A DNA stretch of 54,008 bases from a virus (IMGVR_UViG_3300002124_000003:1-54008), one strand, 5' to 3'; shown: positions 9,454-19,032, counted from the first letter of the stretch. A program made the numbers and translations. The notes: generated by a model not told the origin, from the sequence alone.

Positions 9454-9700
9454 CGGTCATTTTGATCTCACGTTTGGCCTGAGCGATAGCCTGTCTGGCA
9501 TTGCGATCTCCCCGATCTGCCGCCACCACAGCGACCGCAAAGCGCATCATCGTCCGGCAATCATCAAGAGACACACCGAACCGTAAAGCCACAGCTTCGT
9601 AGGCTATATCCGGGGCATACGAGACGAAATTTAACAGCATGTTCGTCGCATGAGCGACTTCCGCCGGGGTACATTCAAGAGCTTTCTGTGATTTGCTCAC
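9428..9700 (-). CDS. Hypothetical protein
   Basis: GTGA overlap with the portal stop codon. Confidence 0.55.
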   Translation of the reverse strand: MSKSQKALECTPAEVAHATNMLLNFVSYAPDIAYEAVALRFGVSLDDCRTMMRFAVAVVAADRGDRNARQAIAQAKREIKMTDGSPDLSR

Positions 9701-11373
9701 GCCGCCACCCCCATGCTTGCCATCAACTCACGCACCTGCTGCACGACCTCTGGCGTCATGATACCACCCGGTACGTTAGAATTCTGCATATTTTGAGGTT
9801 GTCCAGTCGGCAACTGCGGGCGCGGGTTGGGCTGCACGCTGATCGCGCCATTGCCATTCTCACCGGCTGGCTGCATTGCGGCCTGCTGCTGCGCCAGCGC
9901 AATCTCGGCCACGATCAACTCGATTTTATCCTCCGGGTATTCCATCTCCTCCAGCACCGCCCGCGCCGCTTCGGGTTTGTCCGGCAGGCTCTTGAGGTTC
10001 GTCACCCGTTCCTGTTTGGTAAAACCGTCCTCAAAAAACGCGCGTTCCCTGATGTAGAAGTCCAGGTCGCCGCGCTCGAAACTTTGCAGGTCGAAGCCCG
10101 CGAAGTCGTCATACTGCCGCAGACCGCCGATGCTCACGGTCATTTGCAGCGCGCGGATCAGCCCGTCGTCCATGTTGCTGGCCGCTTCGGTCAGACGTCC
10201 GGTCGCATCGCTGTACATGTTGCGGATGGCAATGCCGGGCTTGTCGCCGCCGCTTTCGCGCAGCCGGTGCAGCGCCAGTTCCGGCATGTCGCGCTCCAGT
10301 TCCTTGAGCATCGCGTCCGTGTTGGCAGACCCGGCACTGATGTCGATTGGGATAATCAGCGAATGTGCGCTGGCCTCTTTATCCGCATACAGATACGGCG
10401 CGTTATCTCGCGCTGCGCTGGCATCATTAGTGCTGGTGCGATCCGCCAGCGTGCCGGGGATCTTGGGCGTGGTCGCCGGTTTGGGAACGCCCGCCAGCAG
10501 CATCGGAGTATTGTGCTGGCGGCGTATGGCATCGTTGAGGATGCTGGCGGCGTCGTTGATTTCGTGGATCTTCGCGGTTTCAGCATGGAAGGCGTTGGCA
10601 TCCCATAGCTGCCCCACGTCCTTGAAGCCCGCCTTGACCAGGGGCACGAAGCCATAGTCATTCGCCCAGCGACTGGTCGGTATCCCGCCCATATCGACGG
10701 CCCAGGCGAATTCTTCTCCATCCTTGAATGTGACGGTTTCGTCCTGGTCTAGAATTTCGGTATACAGCACGTCCTGCAACTGCTGGGTATCGGGGTTCAG
10801 CCATTCGCGCTGATATTCGATCACGGCGCGCTTGATATTCCCTACATCGTCAAAGGTGGCCTCTTTGAGTTTGGCCGGATGCAGAATTTCGATCCGTACC
10901 TTCTGTCGCCGCCGATCATCCACCACTTTGAGGATGCTGTCCCCCAGCAAGGCGCACTGCTGAACGTACAGGCCCTTGTTGACGCCCCAGTTCGACCACT
11001 TGAGCGCGCGGATGAGGGCCGTGCGCAGTGCCGGATCAGCGCCTACCACGACCAGCGCGCCCTTTTCCAGCGCCTCCCAGTCCAGCGCCCCGCCCGCCAC
11101 CTTGCTCTTGATGAGCTCGTTCTGCCGGTAGACCGGGTTGTAAATGCCCCGGATATGTTTGTAGAGTTGGTACTCGTGTTTGATCGTGACATTGAAGCGC
11201 TCGATGTCACGATAGACGGTGTTGTTATAGAAGGCTTCCGCCAGAGCGTAGCGCAGCAAGCGCGCGCGGTAATCGTTCCACTCAAAGCGCTCTGACGGAA
11301 TCAGGTCGCGCTCGTTGAAGGCATAGGTAAAGGCGGTCAGACCGGCCATGAAACGACCCCACAGGTTAGCCAC
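9697..11373 (-). CDS. Portal protein
   Basis: 558 aa directly after TerL; NDYGFVPLV motif and helical content typical of SPP1-like portals. Confidence 0.85.
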   Translation of the reverse strand: MANLWGRFMAGLTAFTYAFNERDLIPSERFEWNDYRARLLRYALAEAFYNNTVYRDIERFNVTIKHEYQLYKHIRGIYNPVYRQNELIKSKVAGGALDWEALEKGALVVVGADPALRTALIRALKWSNWGVNKGLYVQQCALLGDSILKVVDDRRRQKVRIEILHPAKLKEATFDDVGNIKRAVIEYQREWLNPDTQQLQDVLYTEILDQDETVTFKDGEEFAWAVDMGGIPTSRWANDYGFVPLVKAGFKDVGQLWDANAFHAETAKIHEINDAASILNDAIRRQHNTPMLLAGVPKPATTPKIPGTLADRTSTNDASAARDNAPYLYADKEASAHSLIIPIDISAGSANTDAMLKELERDMPELALHRLRESGGDKPGIAIRNMYSDATGRLTEAASNMDDGLIRALQMTVSIGGLRQYDDFAGFDLQSFERGDLDFYIRERAFFEDGFTKQERVTNLKSLPDKPEAARAVLEEMEYPEDKIELIVAEIALAQQQAAMQPAGENGNGAISVQPNPRPQLPTGQPQNMQNSNVPGGIMTPEVVQQVRELMASMGVAA

Positions 11374-11382
11374 ATTGTTCCT

Positions 11383-12933
11383 CTAATCGCCCCGGTAATC
11401 TTCAAAGGGGGACGCCCCCCACACCGCCGCCTCAATGAGCGTCGCGTGCCAGCCTAGCAGCCGCGCGATGACCGTATCGTCCTGCGCCTCATCGTCCGCG
11501 CCGCCCTTGCCTTCCGCGCCATACGTCCACAACAGGGACGGGGTTTGTTTCTTGACAAAGATGTTCAGTTCATGCTTGGCATACTGAATATCCAGCAGCC
11601 TCATGCCCTGCTCCTGGTAGCCGAGCTTGAAATTCGTCACTAGTTCGTGCTTGACCGTCAGGCTCATGACCAGCGGCGCGGTGGTGATAAAGTACTCCTG
11701 CGCCTCAAAGTCATCGATCAGGCTTTCGACGTTGGACGCCATGCTGTTGCGTTCCGGCACGATGCGTCGCACGTGCCACGCCATGCACGCTTCGACGACC
11801 TGCTTGCGAATCACGCTGTACGGCAGATGTCGCCAGCGGTTCAGGTAAACCTCCTGATGGGTGATTTTATCGAAGATGCACAGCGCCGAATAATTATCGT
11901 CTTGCCCCCAGTCCAGCCCGGCCACGTACTCATGCGTCGCCTGCGGGTCAGTCTGCACCGGTGGCCCCATGACCAGGTGGACGTTGGGAAAGGCGCTGTG
12001 GCCGCTGGTCAGGAAACAGGTCTCGACATCTTCGGGGTATTCCTGCGCAAATAACACGTCCATTTCCGGCTCACGCATCTTGCGCCGTCGCCATTGAATC
12101 TGCTCAGGTATCAGGCTGTGTTTATCGACCAGCGCCTGTTCTTCCGCCGTGTAAGTCAGGGTTTCGCCGGGTTCGAGCGCGGACTGATACTCGTCATCCC
12201 ACCACCAGGGATAGAAGTGCAGGGTGTATTCACTCTCGCCTTTAAGCGCCTTCTGCACTTCCTGATAAAACATGCCGGTTGCACCGTTGGCGGTGCTTTC
12301 GAGGAAGATAAACCCGTCGGCGGGAATGGCTTGCATTGCGCCAGACACGATGCTGGCGGCATCGATCCAGAAGGCCACTTCGCTGGCGTGCATCCCCGCG
12401 CCGTAGGTTCCGCCACGTCCGCCGGTACGCGCGCCTGCCGTCTTGATGGTGATTTCGCTCAGGTTGGTATAGCCGGTAATGCCGGCGTTGTCTGAGGTGC
12501 GCAGGACACCTAACGCCGGGTCCAGGTGGTCATAAAAGATATTCGACATCCGGCGCAGCTTTTGCGTGGTGATGTCATCGTGCGCCATTGTCACAAAACG
12601 GGCGGGCTGCTCAATCGCCCGCTTGAACATATACGCTTGAATGGCAGTGCTGAAGCCTAGCTGCCGGGCCTTGAGGATAATGTCGCGCCCGGTCATGTGC
12701 TCGATAAAATGCCGTTGGGCGCGCTTGAGCACCAATGGCACAAGCTGGTCGCGTTTGTCCTGAATGTACAGGTAGCGCGCGCAGAAGTCCGCCAGCGAAA
12801 GCGACGCGATCCCCTGCCCCGCCGGGCCGTCGTCACTGGATAAGCGAATCAGACTGTCGAGTTCGGCGAGTTCGTCCGGCGTCAAGTATTTCTGTAATTC
12901 GATTAGCTCGCTCTTCGTGGGTATGTTCAACAC
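11383..12933 (-). CDS. terL: Terminase large subunit
   Basis: IILKARQLGFST Walker A, HASEVAFW Walker B, LESTANG motif III, AGLDWG and DDTV nuclease motifs. Confidence 0.95.
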   Translation of the reverse strand: MLNIPTKSELIELQKYLTPDELAELDSLIRLSSDDGPAGQGIASLSLADFCARYLYIQDKRDQLVPLVLKRAQRHFIEHMTGRDIILKARQLGFSTAIQAYMFKRAIEQPARFVTMAHDDITTQKLRRMSNIFYDHLDPALGVLRTSDNAGITGYTNLSEITIKTAGARTGGRGGTYGAGMHASEVAFWIDAASIVSGAMQAIPADGFIFLESTANGATGMFYQEVQKALKGESEYTLHFYPWWWDDEYQSALEPGETLTYTAEEQALVDKHSLIPEQIQWRRRKMREPEMDVLFAQEYPEDVETCFLTSGHSAFPNVHLVMGPPVQTDPQATHEYVAGLDWGQDDNYSALCIFDKITHQEVYLNRWRHLPYSVIRKQVVEACMAWHVRRIVPERNSMASNVESLIDDFEAQEYFITTAPLVMSLTVKHELVTNFKLGYQEQGMRLLDIQYAKHELNIFVKKQTPSLLWTYGAEGKGGADDEAQDDTVIARLLGWHATLIEAAVWGASPFEDYRGD

Positions 12934-13291
12934 GTTCGGTGGGCTTATTCTCTAAGAGTTGGAGCTTGTCAATCAGAATACCAGCGGCAGTCGCCAGATC
13001 GCGGTAGCTGGCATCAGCCCGCACAATCGGCATGTCGCCGAAAATAGCGTTCAATTCCGAGCGCACAAAATCCTTGAGTTCGGCTCTTTTTTCAGTAACC
13101 ACTTCGTTAGGAGGCGGATTTTGTACCTTGCGAAACCAGCGCATTAAGGTCATGGCCGGGACGTGCAAATGCTCGGAGGTGCGGGTCAGCGCGCCCTTCT
13201 CGGTCGGGTAGCCCGCTGCTTCCAGCATGACAACCGCCGAGGCGCGGAACTTGTCATCGTAGGATTTGCGCTTACGCTTGGCTTCGCTCAC
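12833..13291 (-). CDS. terS: Terminase small subunit
   Basis: N-terminal HTH, LATAAGILIDKLQLL helix, immediately upstream of TerL. Confidence 0.75.
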   Translation of the reverse strand: MSEAKRKRKSYDDKFRASAVVMLEAAGYPTEKGALTRTSEHLHVPAMTLMRWFRKVQNPPPNEVVTEKRAELKDFVRSELNAIFGDMPIVRADASYRDLATAAGILIDKLQLLENKPTERVEHTHEERANRITEILDAGRTRRTRQSDSLIQ

Positions 13292-13632
13292 GTCACCGCC
13301 ACGAAGCCATCGATCACAAAACGCACGGCCTGGTTATTGGTCAGGTCGTCGCCCAGGTCGCTGTCGTAGACCGCTTGCACCAGTAGTTCGCGCTCCTCAC
13401 CATACGTCCCGATGACCAGATCGTCGCCGGTCAGCACAATCGTCGCCGACGTGCTTAAAGGCGTAATCGCCACTGCTGAGCGCTCGTTGATGACGTTGCC
13501 GTCCAGGTCGGTCAGCGTCCAGGTCGCGCTGGTCGGTGTGACCGCCGCGCCCTCGTCGTCGGTAAAGGCGACGGTGATCACATAGGTGCTGCGCTCTTTG
13601 GCGTGGGTGGACAGAACAGATGGATTGGACAT
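13288..13632 (-). CDS. Ig-like virion accessory protein (BppU N-terminal-like)
   Basis: ITVAFTDDEGAAVTPTSATWTL beta-sandwich pattern. Confidence 0.5.
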   Translation of the reverse strand: MSNPSVLSTHAKERSTYVITVAFTDDEGAAVTPTSATWTLTDLDGNVINERSAVAITPLSTSATIVLTGDDLVIGTYGEERELLVQAVYDSDLGDDLTNNQAVRFVIDGFVAVT

Positions 13633-13638
13633 GCCGGG

Positions 13639-14043
13639 TTAGGCGTTACCATCAGTCAGCACCCAGGTGGCAATCGTGACCACCTGATCGGTAGCGATGC
13701 TGATATTATCGAGCGTCAAGTCGCCACCGCCGCCGGTAGCCGTCACCGAACCTTGCGCACCACAGGTGGTGCCATCGCTGGCATACAGCCGCCAGTGCCC
13801 GGCGTCTCCATCCCCAATGCCTGCCGCCGACCACGTGCCCGACTTGGCCTTCGTACCACTGGAGGCCGCCGCCGCCCAATCCGTCGGCAAGGTTTCGGAC
13901 CAGAGTTCCGTCCCGCTATTGGCGGCGGCACAGTTGGCAGGCTGCGCCCCCGTGAAAAGTTTGAGCACCGCGTCCGTGCCGATGGCGGTTTCAATAGCGT
14001 CCAATCGAGCATTGCGCACGGCGACTGAGAGTTGTACTGCCAT
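13639..14043 (-). CDS. Virion accessory structural protein
   Basis: RNARLDAI...LKLFTGAQP...GDLTLDNISI pattern; GGAGG RBS. Confidence 0.55.
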   Translation of the reverse strand: MAVQLSVAVRNARLDAIETAIGTDAVLKLFTGAQPANCAAANSGTELWSETLPTDWAAAASSGTKAKSGTWSAAGIGDGDAGHWRLYASDGTTCGAQGSVTATGGGGDLTLDNISIATDQVVTIATWVLTDGNA

Positions 14044-14045
14044 AA

Positions 14046-15635
14046 TCAATCCTCCACAGAAAACGTCATGCCGGGTTGTACGGCGCTGAAGGTCATGTCA
14101 GGCTGTGTAGCACTGAACGTCATACCGGGTTGTACGGCACTAAAGGTCATCACCAGCAGCCCAGAAATAGTGACCGGTTCGGTATCATTGGCACTCAGGG
14201 TCAGTGTGCCCAACGTCACGGCCAGCGTGCCAGAGATGTCGGCTGCGCCCGCCGCGCTTAGACTGAGACTGTCCAGACTGACCGCCGCCGCGCCGGACAC
14301 GTCTACCGTTCCGGCACTGGCAACAGTCAGGCTGCCTAAAGTAATGGCCGCGTCGCCGGTACTGCCCGAAGCGCCTGCCGCCGACAGAGTCGCATCGTCG
14401 AGCGTGACCGCCAATGCCCCGACGATGGCCGCCGTTCCGCTGCTGGCAAGCGTCAGCGCATCGAAGGTCAGATCGGCTGCGCCCGAAATATCGACTGCGC
14501 CTGCCGAGGCGACAGTCAGCGCACTTAGCGTGATAGCGCCCGCGCCTGCAATGTCCACCGTCCCCGCCGCCGCCGCATTTAGCGCGCCGAGGGTGACATT
14601 GAGATCACCGGTCAGCGCGCCGCTGTCGTTGGCTACCAGGGTCACATCGTCGAGCGTGACCGCCAGCGCGCCAGAGACATCGACTGTGCCGGCTGCGGTA
14701 GTGGTGAGTGCATCCAGTGTGACCCCGGCAGCGCCGGAAACAGCCACTGTCCCGGCAGCGGCAGTCGTCACTACGCCCAGGGTAATCGCAGCATTGCCTG
14801 CGACTTCGACCGTGCCCGCTGCGGCGCTGGTCAGCGCCTCCAGCGTAAGCGCTGCTGACCCGACTACCTCATTAGTGCCGCTGGCCGCTGAGGTCAAGGT
14901 CGCCAGAGTAACCGCTGCCGCCCCGCTTATCGCTGCGGTTCCGGCGGCGCTGGTCGTGACCGCCCCTAACGTGGGCGCGGCGTTCCCGGTTATGTCTACT
15001 GTACCGGCAGACACAGCGGTCAGCGCGCCGAGAGTAATGGCAGCCGCACCGGTAATTTCAGTATTAACTACCCCACCGCCGAAATCATTCAGGCGCGTGG
15101 TGGTGCTGGTCGAGCCGATGCCGATGTTGCCTGAGCCGGTGTAGGTGCTGCTGGTCGTGGACAGGACTTGTGTATAGCCTGAGCCGGTATTGATCAGGGC
15201 ACGCAGCGTTGTCCCGATAATCTCGATACCAACGCCGTTGCCGTTCGTGAGTTCCTGCGAACCGCTGGTCAATACGGTACTGACCGCATTGTCGAGCCGT
15301 TGAATTTCAAACGTATCTGTACCCGAGGCGGCGACTACATGAACGTCATAACCGTCCAGTGTGGCTAACGAACCGGTTTGCTGCAACCTGGCGAAAATAT
15401 ATCCGCTGCTGCCATCCGGCGGCTTGGTCGAAACGATGGCATAGGCTTCGACATCATCCGTAAAGGCGGCGGCGGACCAGAAAGCAAAGGCCGCGCCGCC
15501 AGCCACGCTATCCGGGGCCGCCAGATTGGAGGCGATACTCCAACTGCCGACCAGTGTTTCATTCCAGTTCGCGCCGAGGCTGCCGGAATTGGCGCGGTCA
15601 AAGGTGTCCAGAACGCCGGTGGTTGGGAAGGCCAC
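14046..15635 (-). CDS. Fibre-like protein: lectin-like N-domain, Ala/Gly/Thr repeat stalk, MTFS repeat tail
   Basis: DTFDRANSGSLGANW N-terminus; ~22-aa repeats (GxAAxTLxxLTxxAxGTV); C-terminal 9-aa repeats. Confidence 0.6.
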   Translation of the reverse strand: MAFPTTGVLDTFDRANSGSLGANWNETLVGSWSIASNLAAPDSVAGGAAFAFWSAAAFTDDVEAYAIVSTKPPDGSSGYIFARLQQTGSLATLDGYDVHVVAASGTDTFEIQRLDNAVSTVLTSGSQELTNGNGVGIEIIGTTLRALINTGSGYTQVLSTTSSTYTGSGNIGIGSTSTTTRLNDFGGGVVNTEITGAAAITLGALTAVSAGTVDITGNAAPTLGAVTTSAAGTAAISGAAAVTLATLTSAASGTNEVVGSAALTLEALTSAAAGTVEVAGNAAITLGVVTTAAAGTVAVSGAAGVTLDALTTTAAGTVDVSGALAVTLDDVTLVANDSGALTGDLNVTLGALNAAAAGTVDIAGAGAITLSALTVASAGAVDISGAADLTFDALTLASSGTAAIVGALAVTLDDATLSAAGASGSTGDAAITLGSLTVASAGTVDVSGAAAVSLDSLSLSAAGAADISGTLAVTLGTLTLSANDTEPVTISGLLVMTFSAVQPGMTFSATQPDMTFSAVQPGMTFSVED

Positions 15636-15643
15636 AGCTTAGC

Positions 15644-16165
15644 TCATTTCGCCCGTGCGCGGGCGCGATCATCGATCTCTTTCTGCATATCGCGCGCCGC
15701 CAGTCCGTCCACACTCTCACACGGTACACTGGCCCGGTCAAACACTACCTGCTGCGTGTCCGGGTTCAGGCGTGGTGGGATACGACCACCCGTCGTCATG
15801 AAACGCAGCACGTCGGTCATGGTAGTCTGGCTGAGGCCACCCGGATAACGGGCGTCGATCTCCTCCGCCGTCTTACCGGTGGTGGTCAGGATGGCCCGCA
15901 ATTCGTTCTGCTCCTGGACGGTGGTGGTGGCGAGGTCTGCGCCATAATCCCGCAAGCGTTGATACAATCCATCCAGTTCGTCCAGCACGCGCTGCGAAGT
16001 GGCGACCTTGACGATGGCCTGATCCCCGGCGACTTCAACGGAATCCCACAGGCTGTCCGGCTCGTTGACGACCAGCGATAAGTCGAGGGTGCGCGTCGCC
16101 AGCGGAAATGAGCCGGGCGGGTTCACGGTAGTGCGATACGGGATGAGATACCAGGCTATCGGCAT
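15644..16165 (-). CDS. Hypothetical protein, first gene of the late operon
   Basis: 173-aa ORF in operon orientation. Confidence 0.65.
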   Translation of the reverse strand: MPIAWYLIPYRTTVNPPGSFPLATRTLDLSLVVNEPDSLWDSVEVAGDQAIVKVATSQRVLDELDGLYQRLRDYGADLATTTVQEQNELRAILTTTGKTAEEIDARYPGGLSQTTMTDVLRFMTTGGRIPPRLNPDTQQVVFDRASVPCESVDGLAARDMQKEIDDRARARAK

Positions 16166-16377
16166 AGCTCAGGTTCGCCCCGGCGATAAACTCGAATGCA
16201 CTTGGGAAGTTCCTTTCGTATCTAGCGCCGGGGCTTAGCCAGGAGGAAGAAACATGCACCCGCCGTCAGGGGTCTCACGCCGGGCCACAAAGAAATTCAT
16301 TGGGTAATTTAGCTGCCAGCCCCGTCGTCACGGCATTCAGCCCGGCGAGGCCCTGAGTTGTTTACCGGCAGAAACAC

Positions 16378-16397
16378 AAAAGCGCCCCGCAGGGCGC
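16378..16397 (-). terminator. Promoter-proximal intrinsic terminator
   Basis: GCGCCC-TGCG-GGGCGC-TTTT about 20 nt after the -10 box. Confidence 0.75.
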
Positions 16398-16415
16398 ACA
16401 TGTAGTCTGCCAAAG

Positions 16416-16445
16416 ATCATAGGTGACGATTGTCGAAACTGTCAA
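16416..16445 (-). promoter_or_regulatory. Putative late promoter
   Basis: TTGACA-18 bp-TATGAT. Confidence 0.7.
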
Positions 16446-16951
16446 GCGGCCTGTACATGAATCTTACTCATGCGCTGTGCCCGTTCCTTGCGCTTCAGAT
16501 AATCTTCGTGGTTAAGGATGCTGATACAGGTTTTGCAGTAGCCGCGCAAGCCGTTGGGCCGCGTCGGGTCAGGTGAAAACGCCTCTCGCCGCTGGTAATC
16601 GCCGCAGTGCGCACAGAAGACCTTGAAGGCTTTATGGCGCTTGCCAGTCGCGTCACGCTCGAAATAGTAAGGTCGGGGCAATATCCCGTTGCGACGGTCA
16701 TACACCCCGCCGCGCCGGGGGAATAGGATGACGCGCTCGACTTCGTTGATGACCGCCACCTTGACGATACCGAGTTCGCCGCTGTTGGAGCCAAAATCGC
16801 CTTTGATCGGGATTTCCCAGGGCCGGGCCGGGGAACCGTGATGGGGACTGCCGGGGGGAAGATCGGCGCGATGGTATTCCTTGCCACGCCATTCGAGGAT
16901 GATTGAGTCCGCCAAGCGTGTGCTCCTGTATGATTGTATACAATTCGACAA
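16442..16951 (-). CDS. Zn-finger protein, candidate late regulator (start probably TTG 16913)
   Basis: CAHC...CKTC; AGGAG before TTG; own TTGACC-18-TAGTGT promoter; occupies the Q-like position. Confidence 0.55.
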   Translation of the reverse strand: MSNCIQSYRSTRLADSIILEWRGKEYHRADLPPGSPHHGSPARPWEIPIKGDFGSNSGELGIVKVAVINEVERVILFPRRGGVYDRRNGILPRPYYFERDATGKRHKAFKVFCAHCGDYQRREAFSPDPTRPNGLRGYCKTCISILNHEDYLKRKERAQRMSKIHVQAA

Positions 16952-16997
16952 TCATACACTAGCACAGGCGGCGCGCGGAGGTCAAGTTGTATTTACG

Positions 16998-17342
16998 TTA
17001 GCGCCCCTGCCCTTTTCGCTCTGCCAGGGCCAACAGGAACGCCTCGCCCAGCGCAGCGGCCGCGGTGGTGGCATGGGCAATACTCACCAGACGACCATAC
17101 GCATAAAGTTCACCAAAGTAAGCATAGCCATCTATGAGCCGTGGGCCTCGGACTTGCCAGACATACCCCGCCGCCTCGATTTCGCGGGTGATGGCATCGA
17201 GCGACGTGTCCCAGTGCGGACACGGCGTATGTATGACCAGCCCCTCCGGGGTCGTTTCCCGCAGATACAGATCATCTTCAGCCTGCCACAGGGCGACCGT
17301 CTTGCCCAGCGCTTCCGCGATAAAGCGGTTCAAGTCACTCAT
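16998..17342 (-). CDS. Phage ABA-sandwich-like protein
   Basis: LNRFIAEALG...WDTSLDA...ATTAAAALGEAFL pattern. Confidence 0.5.
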   Translation of the reverse strand: MSDLNRFIAEALGKTVALWQAEDDLYLRETTPEGLVIHTPCPHWDTSLDAITREIEAAGYVWQVRGPRLIDGYAYFGELYAYGRLVSIAHATTAAAALGEAFLLALAERKGQGR

Positions 17343-17589
17343 CGGTGGCGTCCTTTGTCAGATAGGGTGCGAGGTGTTTATCGATTACATCCGCCAGATG
17401 CAGATCGTCCGACCAATCGTTATCGCCGAACTCCTCACACAGTCCGCGCAAGCTGGCAATCGTCGCCTCGCGTTCCAATCGCAGCGACGGCAGTTCATTG
17501 TCAACCCCCCGCCCTAATCCACTCAAGGCCAATTCGAGCAGCGTGGCATATACCTGTCGCTGTCCCATTAAATAAGCCAGTTCGTCCAT
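17335..17589 (-). CDS. Hypothetical phage protein
   Basis: GGAGG RBS; LRGLCEEFGDNDWSDDLHLADVIDKHL motif. Confidence 0.6.
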   Translation of the reverse strand: MDELAYLMGQRQVYATLLELALSGLGRGVDNELPSLRLEREATIASLRGLCEEFGDNDWSDDLHLADVIDKHLAPYLTKDATDE

Positions 17590-17597
17590 GTTGCCTC

Positions 17598-18098
17598 CTA
17601 CTGTACAAGCCGCCATGCGGCGTCTAAAAAGTTGCTGGAACTCTTGCCCGGCTCGCTCCTGGCTTTCGTCACCGTGAGCAGCGTGTCATCTTCCTCAGCA
17701 GGTGGCATAACCGGGGTAAAAGATACAATGTTGGTGGCTGCGGGCATGGGCTTCAACAGTGCCAACTGCGCTTCCAGAGCCGCCAGCCGCAAGCTGAGAT
17801 CGCCCTGCCCTGCTGTTGCCAACTGAGCGCGTACGAACGGGAATAGCTCCAGCAGTACATCAACCCGCCCATCGCGGAGATCCAGAAACAATCTTAGTCC
17901 ATCGCGGACGGCGCGACTATATTGCCGTTCTTTCTTCAAGTCGGCAATCCTGTCTGCTAACCAACGTTCATCGTGTTTCAGCATATCCAGCCAGAAGCGC
18001 TCAACAAAGCGCGTGCCTTTGCATCTCCTGAGTTTTGCGTCTATGCGGGCTGCACTTTGTGCAACGCGCGGGATAGATTGGAGCGCCAATGCGCACAT
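17598..18098 (-). CDS. Putative ribbon-helix-helix DNA-binding protein (start uncertain)
   Basis: Strand RFWLD followed by helices ending SRAVRDGLRL; Pro-rich linker. Confidence 0.5.
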   Translation of the reverse strand: MCALALQSIPRVAQSAARIDAKLRRCKGTRFVERFWLDMLKHDERWLADRIADLKKERQYSRAVRDGLRLFLDLRDGRVDVLLELFPFVRAQLATAGQGDLSLRLAALEAQLALLKPMPAATNIVSFTPVMPPAEEDDTLLTVTKARSEPGKSSSNFLDAAWRLVQ

Positions 18099-18191
18099 GG
18101 TACAATCCTTTTAGCTGCAGCGACAACGTTGTCGGCTTTACGCCACAGAGGCCGTAATCTCTGTGGCGTTGCTTTTATGACTGCCGTCCAT

Positions 18192-18218
18192 GATAACCCG
18201 GATGCGCCGGGCGCGCAA
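18192..18218. repeat. 27-bp direct repeat, copy 1
   Basis: GATAACCCGGATGCGCCGGGCGCGCAA, identical to 18828-18854; internal CCCGG/CCGGG hairpin. Confidence 0.95.
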
Positions 18219-18219
18219 A

Positions 18220-18462
18220 TTATTGCACGACGAGCACGTTACCATAGCTCATAATATAAGTGATCACCTCATCGAAATCGTAGCCGGGCGTCGTATGCAG
18301 CATGAAATGCTCCAGGTTCACGTCCCAAAACAAGAAACCGAATTCCCGGCAGTGCTGAGTGATCCAATCCTTTGCGTCCTGCGAATAACACCAGATCAAA
18401 AGCATACTCGAACCCGCCATGCGCTTCAGTGCAATCTCCGCTTTCGGTTGTGGTTTGCTCAT
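18220..18462 (-). CDS. Hypothetical protein
   Basis: GAGGAGG RBS, ATGA overlap. Confidence 0.7.
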   Translation of the reverse strand: MSKPQPKAEIALKRMAGSSMLLIWCYSQDAKDWITQHCREFGFLFWDVNLEHFMLHTTPGYDFDEVITYIMSYGNVLVVQ

Positions 18463-18812
18463 TCTGCCTCCTCCTCGCCGCCGCCGGGCGGGGTGTACGT
18501 GTGAACTTCCAATTCGCCATTGACGACCAGTTGCCACGCCGTCCAGACGGCAATCGCCCACGAGGACCCGGAGTGTCCCTTTATATCGATCTGCATGGCC
18601 TCGGCGGCAGCATCAATGCGCTGGTCGAAAGCACCACGCGTGCTTAATCCACCCGCCATAGCAAAACTGTGAAGCATTCCCAGTTCGTGCCCGGCAGCAG
18701 CACGAAGCTCTGCCCGATTCAACGCTGCCGCAGCGATCACCCTGGCCGTCTGCAACGTGTAGGCATCAGAGGCGATTTCTTCGGGCTGATAATATATTTT
18801 GTTAATGTCCAT
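18459..18812 (-). CDS. Hypothetical protein ending TPPGGGEEEAE
   Basis: GAGGAGG RBS; ends in the junction repeat. Confidence 0.7.
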   Translation of the reverse strand: MDINKIYYQPEEIASDAYTLQTARVIAAAALNRAELRAAAGHELGMLHSFAMAGGLSTRGAFDQRIDAAAEAMQIDIKGHSGSSWAIAVWTAWQLVVNGELEVHTYTPPGGGEEEAE

Positions 18813-18827
18813 CGCTCACGCCTCCTC

Positions 18828-18854
18828 GATAACCCGGATGCGCCGGGCGCGCAA
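18828..18854. repeat. 27-bp direct repeat, copy 2
   Basis: Identical to 18192-18218. Confidence 0.95.
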
Positions 18855-18855
18855 G

Positions 18856-19029
18856 TCAGTCGAAACGCCCGCTTTTTATGCGTTCTTTGGCGGCCCTCAC
18901 TTCGCGCTCAAATTCATCGAAGTCCGTTTCGATCTTATGGAAGCGTCGCCGCGATTCCTGATATGCGCACCAACCATAACCCAGGACCACGCCTGCCATA
19001 AACAGGCCGATCATTGCCAGAATGTCCAT
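18856..19029 (-). CDS. 57-aa membrane-anchored protein (not in ORF track)
   Basis: MDILAMIGLFMAGVVLGYGWCAYQESRRR...; strong RBS. Confidence 0.7.
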   Translation of the reverse strand: MDILAMIGLFMAGVVLGYGWCAYQESRRRFHKIETDFDEFEREVRAAKERIKSGRFD

Positions 19030-19032
19030 TGC

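Noticed and set aside
1590-15144. Long plus-strand ORFs opposite the structural genes (e.g. 1590..2429, 4723..5700, 9688..10608, 14032..15144)
   Set aside because: Antisense shadows expected at high GC; no motifs or RBS, and they fully overlap well-supported genes.
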